Shown here: positions 1 to 9,922 of the stretch, in pieces | How positions within the stretch are numbered: the first letter of the stretch is position 1 | Layout: each line of letters opens with the position of its first letter | IMG/VR virus record: IMGVR_UViG_3300031555_003108 | Coordinates: 1-64,000 of that record | Direction: 5' to 3' (one strand) | DNA: 64,000 nucleotides | Source: a virus | Lineage: Duplodnaviria > Caudoviricetes | Made by a program: the position numbers and the translations under genes | Notes under the pieces: model-generated | Told to the model about the DNA's origin: nothing | The model's input: the letters and a program-made list of their open reading frames with translations, nothing else | Database searches by the model: none

Positions 1-600
1 ATACTGAGTAACTGTACCAAGATATACTTCTCTTAGAGTGGGCGTTGTAATAATGTCTCCGAAAGAAAACTTAGAAACAGCGTTCTTCTTCGATTCAGCC
101 TTAATTTCCATATCTTTAATTGCGTCTCTATGAACCTGAGATCCTTCTGCACACATACCAACTCTTCCGTTATCAGTCACAAAAAGCAAGTCATCCTGAC
201 AAACTCCCTTAACAAAAGTTGCGTTCTTTAAGAGCTCCAAAAGCATCTCAGAATTAATACCAATCTTAAACTTCTGGTCTTCCTTTGATACAATACAATT
301 CCAAAAACTAAGCTTACCACCCTGGGAAGATCCGCCTGCGCAGTCCAATAGCTCAAGTCTGAAGTGCTGATTACCAAAAGTATACTCGATAGGCTTGTGC
401 TCTTTAATCCAGGTATATTCCCACTTGCCTGACTCTATTTTAACGTGATCACCATATTCAGTATAAGTGGCCCAATTTCGAGCCGCCTTAAGCTGATTCT
501 TATTAGAAGGATCTACAAGGTATGCTTGCAGAGCATCAGAACTTTTGTAGTGCTCCTCATCTCTGCAGACGAGCATTATATTATCTAAAAGCTTATACAT
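1..600 (-). CDS. Hypothetical phage protein, truncated by the window edge
   Basis: ATG at 600 just after the stop of 603..932. It reads MYKLLDNIMLVCRDEEHY... and appears open to the edge; it is not in the supplied track. Confidence 0.75.
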   Translation of the reverse strand, partial: MYKLLDNIMLVCRDEEHYKSSDALQAYLVDPSNKNQLKAARNWATYTEYGDHVKIESGKWEYTWIKEHKPIEYTFGNQHFRLELLDCAGGSSQGGKLSFWNCIVSKEDQKFKIGINSEMLLELLKNATFVKGVCQDDLLFVTDNGRVGMCAEGSQVHRDAIKDMEIKAESKKNAVSKFSFGDIITTPTLREVYLGTVTQY

Positions 601-602
601 AA

Positions 603-932
603 TTACTTACAAACGTGGTCAAGGTAGCTCTCAGCGTCTTCCTGACTGAAAAATACGTCATTGTTATTAAGGCGCTTCACAAGACCGAAGTAGTTCTTCT
701 CATTGACTTCTACCTCAGTAATAGTACTATGCTCACGAGAAGGCTTAGTCTTAGTATATCTACCCTGAGCGTTCTTCAGAGCTACGTCATATACCTTTTG
801 ACCCAGATCAAACGGAAAATCCTCTGCTACGCCATCGAGCTCACCATAAAGAATCTCATTCTCAGTCTCAAGCGCTGCTACTCTCTGCTTAAGCTCCTTC
901 TTAGTTGTAAAATTAATACCAAAAATCTTCAT
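603..932 (-). CDS. Hypothetical protein ('P-x-x-x-G-x-x-V[WY] ... VF-x-[TS]-x-E' family)
   Basis: AGGAG RBS; FPFDLGQKVY...VFFSQEDAE resembles 969..1376, 2153..2413 and 27951..28203. Confidence 0.7.
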   Translation of the reverse strand: MKIFGINFTTKKELKQRVAALETENEILYGELDGVAEDFPFDLGQKVYDVALKNAQGRYTKTKPSREHSTITEVEVNEKNYFGLVKRLNNNDVFFSQEDAESYLDHVCK

Positions 933-968
933 TTATTTTCTCCTTAGTAAATTTTTATTTATATTTTA

Positions 969-1376
969 TTATACAATATGCTGTTTGTAATTTTTAGCTT
1001 TTTTATTAATTGCCGCCAAACAATCTTCTTTTGTGAGAAATACTGTCTTACCAATACTGGAAAACTTATATCTCGTACTATTAGCGACAAACGCCCAGTC
1101 GATAGTTTTTCCGCTCTTCTTTTTATTGATCTCAGTAACCTCTATCTCGCGGGGTTCCTGATGAACGGAATTATAATAGCCACCGTGAATATACCAAACT
1201 TTATCACCTACATCTACAGGAAAGAAAGCAGGAAGCTCAAAGAAAGCCTGCTTCATATCAAGTACAAGCTGTAGCATTCGAGTATCACATTCGTCAGCGT
1301 TATGCAATTTTTCTACTTCATGAAAGTAGCGGTCAAACATCATACCAGCATTTTCTCTTTTAATGCACTTATTCAT
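969..1376 (-). CDS. Hypothetical protein, same family (probable start MNKCIK)
   Basis: PVDVGDKVWYI...IGKTVFLTKEDC; an AAGGAG upstream of 1376 favours the shorter start. Confidence 0.65.
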   Translation of the reverse strand: MNKCIKRENAGMMFDRYFHEVEKLHNADECDTRMLQLVLDMKQAFFELPAFFPVDVGDKVWYIHGGYYNSVHQEPREIEVTEINKKKSGKTIDWAFVANSTRYKFSSIGKTVFLTKEDCLAAINKKAKNYKQHIV

Positions 1377-3617
1377 CTTTAATATCTTCTTTCTCCTTAA
1401 AATTCTCACAGGCTTCAGTATCTTCGTAACATAAAAAGCCACACCAGCGTTCTTTTGCTCTTGCAGGCGGATTAGAGCAACAAAGGTTCCAGTCGCCCAT
1501 GCCCATAAAATATTTACAATCTTTACAAGTTTTATTTTCCATGCTTCCTCCAAAAAGCTAATGTTTTTAATATACGATATTTACGACATGTTCCACAATA
1601 TGCCTTACAAATATAATTATCACAAACAGCGCACATTTTATTTAACAATAAGTTCTTGTTTAAAGTTGACATGAAGCTCTGCCTCCTCTTTAGTCACGTA
1701 AAGCGTAGGTGAATACCATCCATATATTCCACCACCGACCCAATCATACGTTATATAATATTTCTGCAGCCACACTTTGTAATCACCAATTCTTTTCGGG
1801 AATAGTGCAAAACGTGTTTTAATAACTAATTCAGGGTCTGCTGGCTTCTTAACTATCCAAATCATTGTACACCTCTCTGGTATATCTTTCAGGCATATTT
1901 ACATTCCAAGCTCGAATCGTTCGCCAGAACTTTAAATAAATTTTTTGAAAATGTTCTTTATTTGTATAAGGCGAACAGCTCGGGCACTCAATAGTAAAAA
2001 TAGATTTAGGAATAAGCCACTTAAGCTCAAAACTTTTGTCCCACTCATTAAAGATTATATTAATACCGATAGGGTCCATATACTGATAAGACTTTCCTTT
2101 CTCGGTATTAGCTGTGCTCCAAAGAGTAAACTCAAATTCTTTTGCAAGTTCTTCAAGCATCTTCTTCCACCTCCTGGTTCAAAGCTGCTTCGGCATCACA
2201 CTTCCAACGAAAAGCCAGTTCGCCAAAAACATTAAAGCCGATACTTTCAGTAGTACCGTCCGATCTACGAGCGTCTACGTAGCCAATAAAACACTCTTCT
2301 GTTTCTTCAGTGATAATCTTTACAACCTTAAGAGCTTCTACAATACCGTAGCCGGTGAAATAGATAGTTTCTCCAATCTCCGGTCGCTCAAAAGTTTCAC
2401 TATAATAACTCATTTATTCTGCTTCCTCCTCAAGCCACATTTTAATCATTTCTTTATTATCAGGTACGTCGTCAAGCTCCTGAAAAAATCTGCACTTATT
2501 TTCTAATTCGCAATAAGCACATTCAATCTCGCCACTATATGAAAAAGGAGTGATACCGAGCTTTTCTTCTGCATCAGCATACTTACACTTTATTGATTCA
2601 CATTTAGAGCAATACTTCTCATTAAATAAATTCATCCAAGGCGAGTTGTCAAACATGCAGTTTTTATCCAACCACTCCGCAAACTCATCTATAGACATAT
2701 TTTGAAGATATTTAAAATTAGTTATAGCCTTCGTCATATCCGATTTCTCCTCTGCTCAATGCTTCATTAAGTTTTTTCTGTGCATACTTTGCACCTTCTT
2801 TTGTTTCGTACCAATCCCAAAAGGCGCCACTCGAACAGTGCGTAATAGGCACTAAGTGGTACTCATCGCATGTTCCATTGGCGTCATAATAATGATAAAC
2901 CAACGGAACCGGCATCTTATCTTTAGTATACTTACCAGACCAAGGCAGCTCAAGCATACCCCACTTCGCCCAGAGGAAAAGCCCATAAACTTTCGGCAGG
3001 CTCTCCAAATATTTCTTTGTCTTAGGTGTATTCTTAAGAATCTTTCTCATCATTACAGCCCCTCCAGCATTTCATTTATTACTTGATCTATATCTTCTTC
3101 TCTTACTACTGAATATGTTTCTGCGAGTGGGTTATCAACAGCGCACTCGCCCACGCTTTCAGTGTATCTCTGCAGATTTGCATGTACACGTCTTAGAGTA
3201 AGCTTTCTCTCAATTTTACGCTCCTCTGCTATTCGTTCAACCATTTCTTTATAGAGCTCTTCAGTGTCTGCTTTTCGCATCTTAACTTCGTCCTGCAAAG
3301 CCTGCTTCTCGGCAGCAATAACTCGCCACATATCCATTTCAGCAGCGTGCTTCGCAACAGAAAAATCGTAGCCTTCATCTACTTTAATCTTAATATCTTC
3401 CACCATAGCGTGCATTTGAAGAGCATATTCTCTATAAGTGTTTCTCTGCTCGGTAAGTGCTTTATTCTCTTGCATAAGCTTATCAACTACCTCAAGAGTA
3501 TATTTAGCAAGAACACTCTCAAGCGGACTTTCTTCGCACTCTTCCTTAAGCGGACAAGTTTCACAGGAATTACGTCCGTTAAGGCTGCAACACCTAAGAG
3601 CTTCAATAATATCATCT

Positions 3618-3980
3618 TTACTGTACTTCATTTTCTAACTCCTTAACTCTGTTATATGCTCTAATATTTCGTTCGGCAAGGTCAGCTCGTTCATTATAAG
3701 TCTTTACTGCTGCAACAGGTGTCAATCTTGCCTCATCTAGCTGCACAGGCGTTTCATAACATTTAGAACACTCTACCACCCAAAATTCCCTATGGTCGCC
3801 ACACCTAAAAATTCTTGGTTTGCCTCCGCAAAAAGGGCAGGCTCTCGGCATAGGCAGGGGACTTCTTTTAAACAGTTTCATCTTCTTCAGTCTCCTCATC
3901 TGACCAAGCAATAACACTGGAAAAACCATCAAAGGTAGCATTATCAAACCAAAGATCCTCGTCGGCTTTTTCTTTAGCAA
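3618..3980 (-). CDS. Lar-like (restriction alleviation) zinc-finger protein; true start probably MKLFKR
   Basis: ACPFCGGKP...VECSKC...AAVKTYNER pattern typical of the Lar family. Confidence 0.55.
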   Translation of the reverse strand: MLKKKPTRIFGLIMLPLMVFPVLLLGQMRRLKKMKLFKRSPLPMPRACPFCGGKPRIFRCGDHREFWVVECSKCYETPVQLDEARLTPVAAVKTYNERADLAERNIRAYNRVKELENEVQ

Positions 3981-4179
3981 TATCCTTAGCCTCTTCTTCA
4001 GTATCAGCTTCGATATCGTCGTAATCCATAGTAAGCCTTACACTAACACTTACATTCCATTTCATTACTCGACGTCCTCCAAAATAAATTTCATTATTAT
4101 ATAATACAATATTAATGCCGGACGATATAAAAAATAAATGTGAACAATCTGTTAATAAAGATCATTCACATTTACTTTT

Positions 4180-4491
4180 TTACTTCATTTTAGCTCCACA
4201 CTGCGGGCAGAAGTTCAATGCTTCTGCAGGTTCATACTTACAAACCGAACAGTAGTAGTTTCTTGCAGACGGGGTTCGTATCATAGTTTCTTTCGCTACC
4301 CACTCGCCCTTAAGCTGCTTACCATAATCTTTTTCCAAGATTGCATTTGCAAGGCATCTTGCATTACAACTTCGGCAATCAGTCAGTTCGCAGGAACCAC
4401 TTTCTTCTTCGCAAGCAAGACCGCTTACAAACGGCTTGATTATTTCGATCATTTCTGTCAATTGCTGTTCTTCACTAAATTTTATTACCAT
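4180..4491 (-). CDS. Hypothetical protein with C-terminal zinc ribbon
   Basis: GEW...YYCSVC...NFCPQCGAKM. Confidence 0.7.
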   Translation of the reverse strand: MVIKFSEEQQLTEMIEIIKPFVSGLACEEESGSCELTDCRSCNARCLANAILEKDYGKQLKGEWVAKETMIRTPSARNYYCSVCKYEPAEALNFCPQCGAKMK

Positions 4492-4514
4492 TATAGGCCT
4501 CCTAAAATAAAGAT

Positions 4515-4877
4515 TTAATTCATTTTGGCACCACAGTTTTCACAGTAGTGTTTATATCTGTTAACATCATCAAAAGTCCAGGTATGGGATATCTGTCTCT
4601 CCGTACCACATTTAGAGCATTTGGCATAAGATATTCCTTGGTATTCAGTCCTTAGCCACTTACCCTCTTGCGGCCTAGCGCCTCTTTTTATTTTCTTAGG
4701 TATCTCCATTAATCTATGGCATTTTTCTGCATGATTACTCGTGCGCTGACCATTCTCCATAAACAGTGGACACATATAACGTGCTGTACCTGAAAAAGCT
4801 ATATCATAGCATTTACCGGCTTTAAAGAACGGACACTGGTACCCAGAATCTGGCATTTCATCCACAAAAAATTTCAT
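4515..4877 (-). CDS. Hypothetical protein with C-terminal zinc ribbon
   Basis: GKW...KCSKCG...HYCENCGAKM. Confidence 0.7.
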   Translation of the reverse strand: MKFFVDEMPDSGYQCPFFKAGKCYDIAFSGTARYMCPLFMENGQRTSNHAEKCHRLMEIPKKIKRGARPQEGKWLRTEYQGISYAKCSKCGTERQISHTWTFDDVNRYKHYCENCGAKMN

Positions 4878-5206
4878 TTCTTTTTCTCCTCATTTGTTAC
4901 ATCCCAAACCATGGCAATAAGCATTACAACTAGAATGATTGGAACAACAATACTAGCTATCGCAACATAATCCATAATAGCTCCTTTATTGACTATGCCT
5001 GCCGGTGTGTAAAGGCCACTCACGAGGCTCCCAGTTTTCTGCATTATCTGTTCGAAGCTTTACCCGTACCGTAGTAAAACAATCAACAGTGCTTAGTGCT
5101 TTAATCGATCTAAAACAACCTGAGCAAACCTCAGCCCCATTCTCAAGTACTTTGTGCGCATCGCCTGGAAAAAGATCTCCGCAATTATCACACTGAAATG
5201 CTTTAC

Positions 5207-5602
5207 TCAATTTGTTATTCCTCCCATCTTTGCCCCACAATTAGGACAATACTTATACGTGGTATTTGACTTTTTATTACAAGCAGAGCATACTACAAGC
5301 TTAAACATGGAATTAGGCTCCTCTTCATCTGTTTCAAGTCGCCAAGTTCCATATTTTACTGGTGCAACTTCTTCAGCCTTCATAGAATCAATCATGTGTA
5401 TGAAATGTCTGTGCTCTGCAACGTGATTCTGTCTCTGTAAAGGATTCTCATGCTGGTTATAATTTTTACTCTCGATAACTCTATCAACTAACTCATTAGC
5501 TTTTATATACTTATCCATGTTACTTTTTATTTTCCTTCTCCCAGCACTCTTCGCACCAGTAGTAATAACCAGGTCTCTTTTCAGGATCCTTATTGGCTCC
5601 AA
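5207..5602 (-). CDS. Hypothetical protein with C-terminal zinc ribbon (true start probably MDKYIK)
   Basis: GTW...VCSACN...YCPNCGAKM. Confidence 0.65.
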   Translation of the reverse strand: MEPIRILKRDLVITTGAKSAGRRKIKSNMDKYIKANELVDRVIESKNYNQHENPLQRQNHVAEHRHFIHMIDSMKAEEVAPVKYGTWRLETDEEEPNSMFKLVVCSACNKKSNTTYKYCPNCGAKMGGITN

Positions 5603-7201
5603 AAGGTACTCTAAACTGCCAATGAAAAGGCGCTTCCATTATCTTACCACAATCTTCGCAAATGTACTTGACTTCAAGCTCGCCAGTTTTCTGGTCCTTA
5701 ATAAAGAACTTAAGGTTATCAAAAGGTGCCTCAATCTTCTGCCTAGGCTCATGGTCTGCACAAGAAGTAAAGGCCTGAACTAAAGCTCCAGCATGATCTT
5801 TATGAGAGCACCAAGAAAACCTTCCGGGCAGATTCTTAAAATATTTACAATTATCACAAGTCTTATTCATTTTTGTCTCCTCCACTTTAAGTTTATTTAT
5901 TTCCTCAATATATTTATCTACAATATCATCCTGAAACTTAATCCAGTAAGGATTATTATCCGGTCCTTTGTACACATATAGATAACAATGCTTATCAGAG
6001 CGATCGCGTCGATTATGACCACAAGCTATATCTCCTGGTTGTGCTTTGGTCTTAATCCACTCATCTAATTCATCTAGCATTATTGAATAAAACATATCTT
6101 TAGTCCTCCAACAAAGAATCTACAACATCTATATATTCATCAATGATATCTAAAATAAACTCTCTATTTTTATCATCTCTGAGTACACATTCGCCTCGTG
6201 CTTTAGCTTCTTTTACTCGCTTAAGAAATTCTTCTTCTGTTTCATAATCATATTTCATAAATTACCCCGCATCAAACATAGTCTCAGGCGTCCGTTCAGT
6301 CTTACGTCCATGAGTCTTACTGTACTCTGTCTTAATATTAAACGTAGGTCTAAAGTCTCCATCTCCGTCGGCGTAGAAACCAATAAGAGACGAGTGGCCT
6401 ATATTTCCATTATGCTCAATACATTTAAGAAAAGAACAAAAATCATCTACCCATCTTTCAGGTACTTCACATTCAATAATAAACTTTCTATTATCCATTT
6501 TTCTTTTTCACCTCCCACCAGTCTTTAATTTCATCTATCTCACGAGCCATTCTCTTATAGTACTCTTCTTCCGCTAAAACTGTACTGCAGTCCTCACAAG
6601 GATATTCCTGCTCAACTTCGCCATTTGCCACAGGGCAATCCGGGTCGCCATACTTACAACCATGCCACTTACAACAGTGAGCAGCATGTACTCCAACAGA
6701 TCCTCTCATAAATCTTACTCCTTAACACTTAATATCAAAATGGTATAGTAGCTCAGTCTCTGCAAGTAATCTATTTAAAAAATGCTCAATAGTTTGCTTC
6801 TTGCCTTTAAGCTTAACCTTAGCCTTTTCATCCTCAGTAGCTTTAGTACTTACATTAACAGTTTCAGTAGAACTTTGTGTATTAAACTGGAGGGCCGCTG
6901 CTGTAATAACTTTGACTGCATTAGATGCCGGTAGATATTGATATCTTCCACGCACTACCTCTTCAGGTGTGTTGTATAAAAATTCACGTTTACTTATAAT
7001 CTTAACAGTCTTAGTCATTAATCTTTTCTCCTACATCCGTGTTCAATAAGTTCTTTAGTAAGCTTTTCTTTTTCTTCTCTCAGGTCCGCAAGAATAGTAA
7101 AGCCATATGTTCCGTTATGATGATAGGCACGAAGTGCAACTGATAAAATATCATCATATTTTTGCAAAAGGTCTAATACTCTATCAAGTCTGGTCATTTG
7201 T

Positions 7202-7453
7202 TTAATCTGCAATCAACACAATATCTGAGCTATGTACAAGATAAGTGGTACCATTGATCTTTACTTGAATCTGGTCGCTGTCTTTATAATCGACCCAACT
7301 ATCAATCTTACCCTCGATAATTTCACCGTTGGGCAATGAAATAATAGCACGATCAAAGTTGTATGTAGTGTCAAGCAATTGTCGGTTACCACAACCAGCC
7401 AAAGTTGCAGTTAGCATCAAAAGTGCCAGTACAGTAATAATAATCTTCTTCAT
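7202..7453 (-). CDS. Small lipoprotein
   Basis: MKK, a hydrophobic stretch, then an LAGC lipobox. Confidence 0.7.
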   Translation of the reverse strand: MKKIIITVLALLMLTATLAGCGNRQLLDTTYNFDRAIISLPNGEIIEGKIDSWVDYKDSDQIQVKINGTTYLVHSSDIVLIAD

Positions 7454-7474
7454 AATAAATCTCCTTTTTTATAT

Positions 7475-8617
7475 TTAATTAAAATATTGTTGTTTAAGTT
7501 CTTCAAAAGCATCGAGATAAGTATCCCACTTATTCTCATTCCAGCCGGCGGTATAATCCTTAGTAGACATTATACTATTATAATTTCTAAAAGCAAGGTC
7601 CTGATAAATCTTAGGAAGAGTCTGTACCCAAGCTGCATAAGTCTTCTTAGGTATATCATAGAGTCGCTGGCAGGACTTAGCAATCTGATCACCTACCTTA
7701 CAGTAAGCCTTCATAAGTCCCTGAACCTTCTCAAGCTCTTCCTTATAATCGGCGGCATAACAAAGAAACTCTTCAGTCTCATTAGTAAGAATTACATTAA
7801 GAAGATGCTTTCTATTTATTACATTATTGTTGCGGGCAAAGTGAGCCATAACATAAGCAGGCGACTTAATCTTAACACGGTTAAAATTAGCATCACATGC
7901 TACGAAGCCTTCCTGATCCCAGGAAAAGGTTTCAGCAAGCTTTACACAATCATTAACAGAAGTAAGAGGATACTGCTTAGGCAGCTTAAACTTACCCATA
8001 CCAAGAGCACCTGCGATCAAAGGAGAACAATTAAACTCTTCTCCAGTATGCTTATTACGCGCACCAAGGAAATAGATATCTGGCTCTTCATAAGGAACTA
8101 CTACTCTATTATAAGGCCCAACGAGCTCAAACATATAGGTAAGATCAAAATCAAGGTCTTCTACAAAAGCGCCAAAACAGTTATAATAATTTCCCAAAGC
8201 TTCTAAGAAATAATAACCGAAATTAGGCATTCTAGCATCTCCGATTTCTGCTTTCCAAGCATCAATAGTTCCGTTAGTAGAAACATGCCAACCTCCATGC
8301 CAATCCCACCATACTTTAAGGAGAGAGCCGTCTACTTTCTCGGACACGAAAGCAGTATCCCAGTCAAGCTCTGCTGCGTTTGGCTCTCCTGCATTAAAAA
8401 ATTTAAAGAAGGGAACACATACAGGCTCTAAAGTAGATTCTCTAAAAATAATACCTCTGGACTGCTGAACCAGAATGCTGCTAAAATCAGATCTAAGCTG
8501 GTCATAGTTAAACATCACATAAGGGCCATCCCTCTTAACCTTAATATAATAAGGCTCGCCAGTTAGAATCTCTTCCCAGTTTTCGTTCTCTTTTAAGAAT
8601 CTTTCAAGCTCGTACAT
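7475..8617 (-). CDS. T4 Rnl1-like RNA ligase
   Basis: RGIIF, PFFKFFN, motif I EKVDGS, FEL-x-GPYNRVV, EGFV, RVKIK. Confidence 0.85.
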   Translation of the reverse strand: MYELERFLKENENWEEILTGEPYYIKVKRDGPYVMFNYDQLRSDFSSILVQQSRGIIFRESTLEPVCVPFFKFFNAGEPNAAELDWDTAFVSEKVDGSLLKVWWDWHGGWHVSTNGTIDAWKAEIGDARMPNFGYYFLEALGNYYNCFGAFVEDLDFDLTYMFELVGPYNRVVVPYEEPDIYFLGARNKHTGEEFNCSPLIAGALGMGKFKLPKQYPLTSVNDCVKLAETFSWDQEGFVACDANFNRVKIKSPAYVMAHFARNNNVINRKHLLNVILTNETEEFLCYAADYKEELEKVQGLMKAYCKVGDQIAKSCQRLYDIPKKTYAAWVQTLPKIYQDLAFRNYNSIMSTKDYTAGWNENKWDTYLDAFEELKQQYFN

Positions 8618-8622
8618 TTTAA

Positions 8623-9675
8623 TTACCTCCGTACTAAATAATCTTCTTTTTTAAATCCTTGTTCTTTAAACCACGTTATATATGGTTTGTATTTATCAAT
8701 CGTCCATATCTCAACGTTATGTTGAATAAGGCAATTAAGCTTTGCATTTTCTACCGTATCAGGCACCTGCATCCGTTCAAATAAATGAGCGCCTTTTATC
8801 TCAACCAGAGTATCGTCTATCAGAAAGTCAGGAAAACAATAGTGTGTCTTGTTATTGAAAGTGTATTCAAATCGTGCAGGGCTTCTTTGAATAGATATCT
8901 TATTATGTATACAGTATAAATAAACAGCTAATTCGGGATATGAATCAAAATAGATATCATCAATGTGATAGCGTCTAAACTTTATCGATTCTAAGGCTTC
9001 AGTGGTCTGAGAAAAATATTCTGTGCCGAAACGTTCTAAACAGGTCTCCTTAGCCTTTTGTCTATTATTATAGTTTTCATCACCATATCGCTGTTTTTTA
9101 GTATGACAAGCTTTTATATAAAAATCTTCATGCTGCGAAAAGTTTTGTACACCATATTTTTGTAAACAAGTTTGTCTTGTTTTTTCAGCAATTAATAACA
9201 GCTCTTCTGACGTTCTTTGTTTGGCTAAATCAGCTTTATATTGTTTATTTTCTTCGGTACTATTTATATTATAGGCGCCATATCGGTCAAAGCACGTACT
9301 TCGAATTCTTTCTTTTATTTCTTCTGACTGAAAAACGTTATCTACACCATAAAGCTTTTGACAAGTCTCTTTACGCTTAGCATACATGGTGTCTATCTGC
9401 TCTTGAGTATAAGCAGGTCGCGCTTCCCATGCCTTCTGTTTAAGAAGCTTTACATCCTCTTTAGTCTTATCCTCGATATGTAAAGTACCTAATACTACTT
9501 GCTTGAATCTATATAAAGAAATTCCAAACTCTTTAATAGCTAGGTCATTAATGTCTTTGCCGATAGTAGTTTTCCAGTAAACCTGAAGTCGCTCAATGCT
9601 ACCGAAATATTCTAAAATTCTGTCAGCTAGGTTGGTTAACTCTATATCAGTAAGTGGTTTATTATTACTGCTCAT
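8623..9675 (-). CDS. Putative free-standing endonuclease: tandem T-C-x-x-[KR]-[YF]-G repeats plus a C-terminal PD-(D/E)xK domain
   Basis: About five repeats (KETCQKLYGVDNVFQ, RQTCLQKYGVQNFSQ, KETCLERFGTEYFSQ and others); FPDFLIDDTLVEIKG. Start taken at the ATG overlapping the upstream gene. Confidence 0.7.
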   Translation of the reverse strand: MSSNNKPLTDIELTNLADRILEYFGSIERLQVYWKTTIGKDINDLAIKEFGISLYRFKQVVLGTLHIEDKTKEDVKLLKQKAWEARPAYTQEQIDTMYAKRKETCQKLYGVDNVFQSEEIKERIRSTCFDRYGAYNINSTEENKQYKADLAKQRTSEELLLIAEKTRQTCLQKYGVQNFSQHEDFYIKACHTKKQRYGDENYNNRQKAKETCLERFGTEYFSQTTEALESIKFRRYHIDDIYFDSYPELAVYLYCIHNKISIQRSPARFEYTFNNKTHYCFPDFLIDDTLVEIKGAHLFERMQVPDTVENAKLNCLIQHNVEIWTIDKYKPYITWFKEQGFKKEDYLVRR

Positions 9676-9820
9676 GGTTAACCTGTGCTTTATTAGCCTC
9701 AAAGTGCTTGAGCAATATTAATCTAAGTAATGCTGAAGTAGATAGATATTTTGAGTCTGCTTCCTGCTTGAGCTGCTCAACCAAAGCCTTGTCTAATTGA
9801 AAACTAATTGTCTGTTTCAT
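9665..9820 (-). CDS. Ribbon-helix-helix (CopG-like) protein, 51 aa, not in the ORF track
   Basis: MKQTISFQLDKALVEQLKQEADSKYLSTSALLRLILLKHFEANKAQVNHEQ with AAGGAG RBS; alternating beta-strand followed by two helices. Confidence 0.7.
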   Translation of the reverse strand: MKQTISFQLDKALVEQLKQEADSKYLSTSALLRLILLKHFEANKAQVNHEQ

Positions 9821-9866
9821 AAATTATTAACTCCTTAAAATTAAATATTAAGCTTTTCGCTCTATT

Positions 9867-9876
9867 TAATTTAGCT
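9867..9876 (-). promoter_or_regulatory. Class D motif, variant AGCTAAATTA
   Basis: Near match to the TGCTAAATTA motif found at eight other intergenic sites. Confidence 0.55.
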
Positions 9877-9878
9877 AA

Positions 9879-9916
9879 TAATTTTTAATAACTTTTATTA
9901 ATTTTTAATAAGTTTT
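9879..9916. repeat. 18-bp direct repeat, 20-bp period (candidate RHH operator)
   Basis: taatttttaataactttt at 9879 and taatttttaataagtttt at 9899. Confidence 0.5.
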
Positions 9917-9922
9917 CTTTAT

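Larger units (their letters stand above)
1638..7212 (-). other. Run of about 20 short, tightly packed hypothetical phage genes
   Basis: Overlapping stop/start codons and GGAG RBSs on the minus-strand ORFs. Confidence 0.75.
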
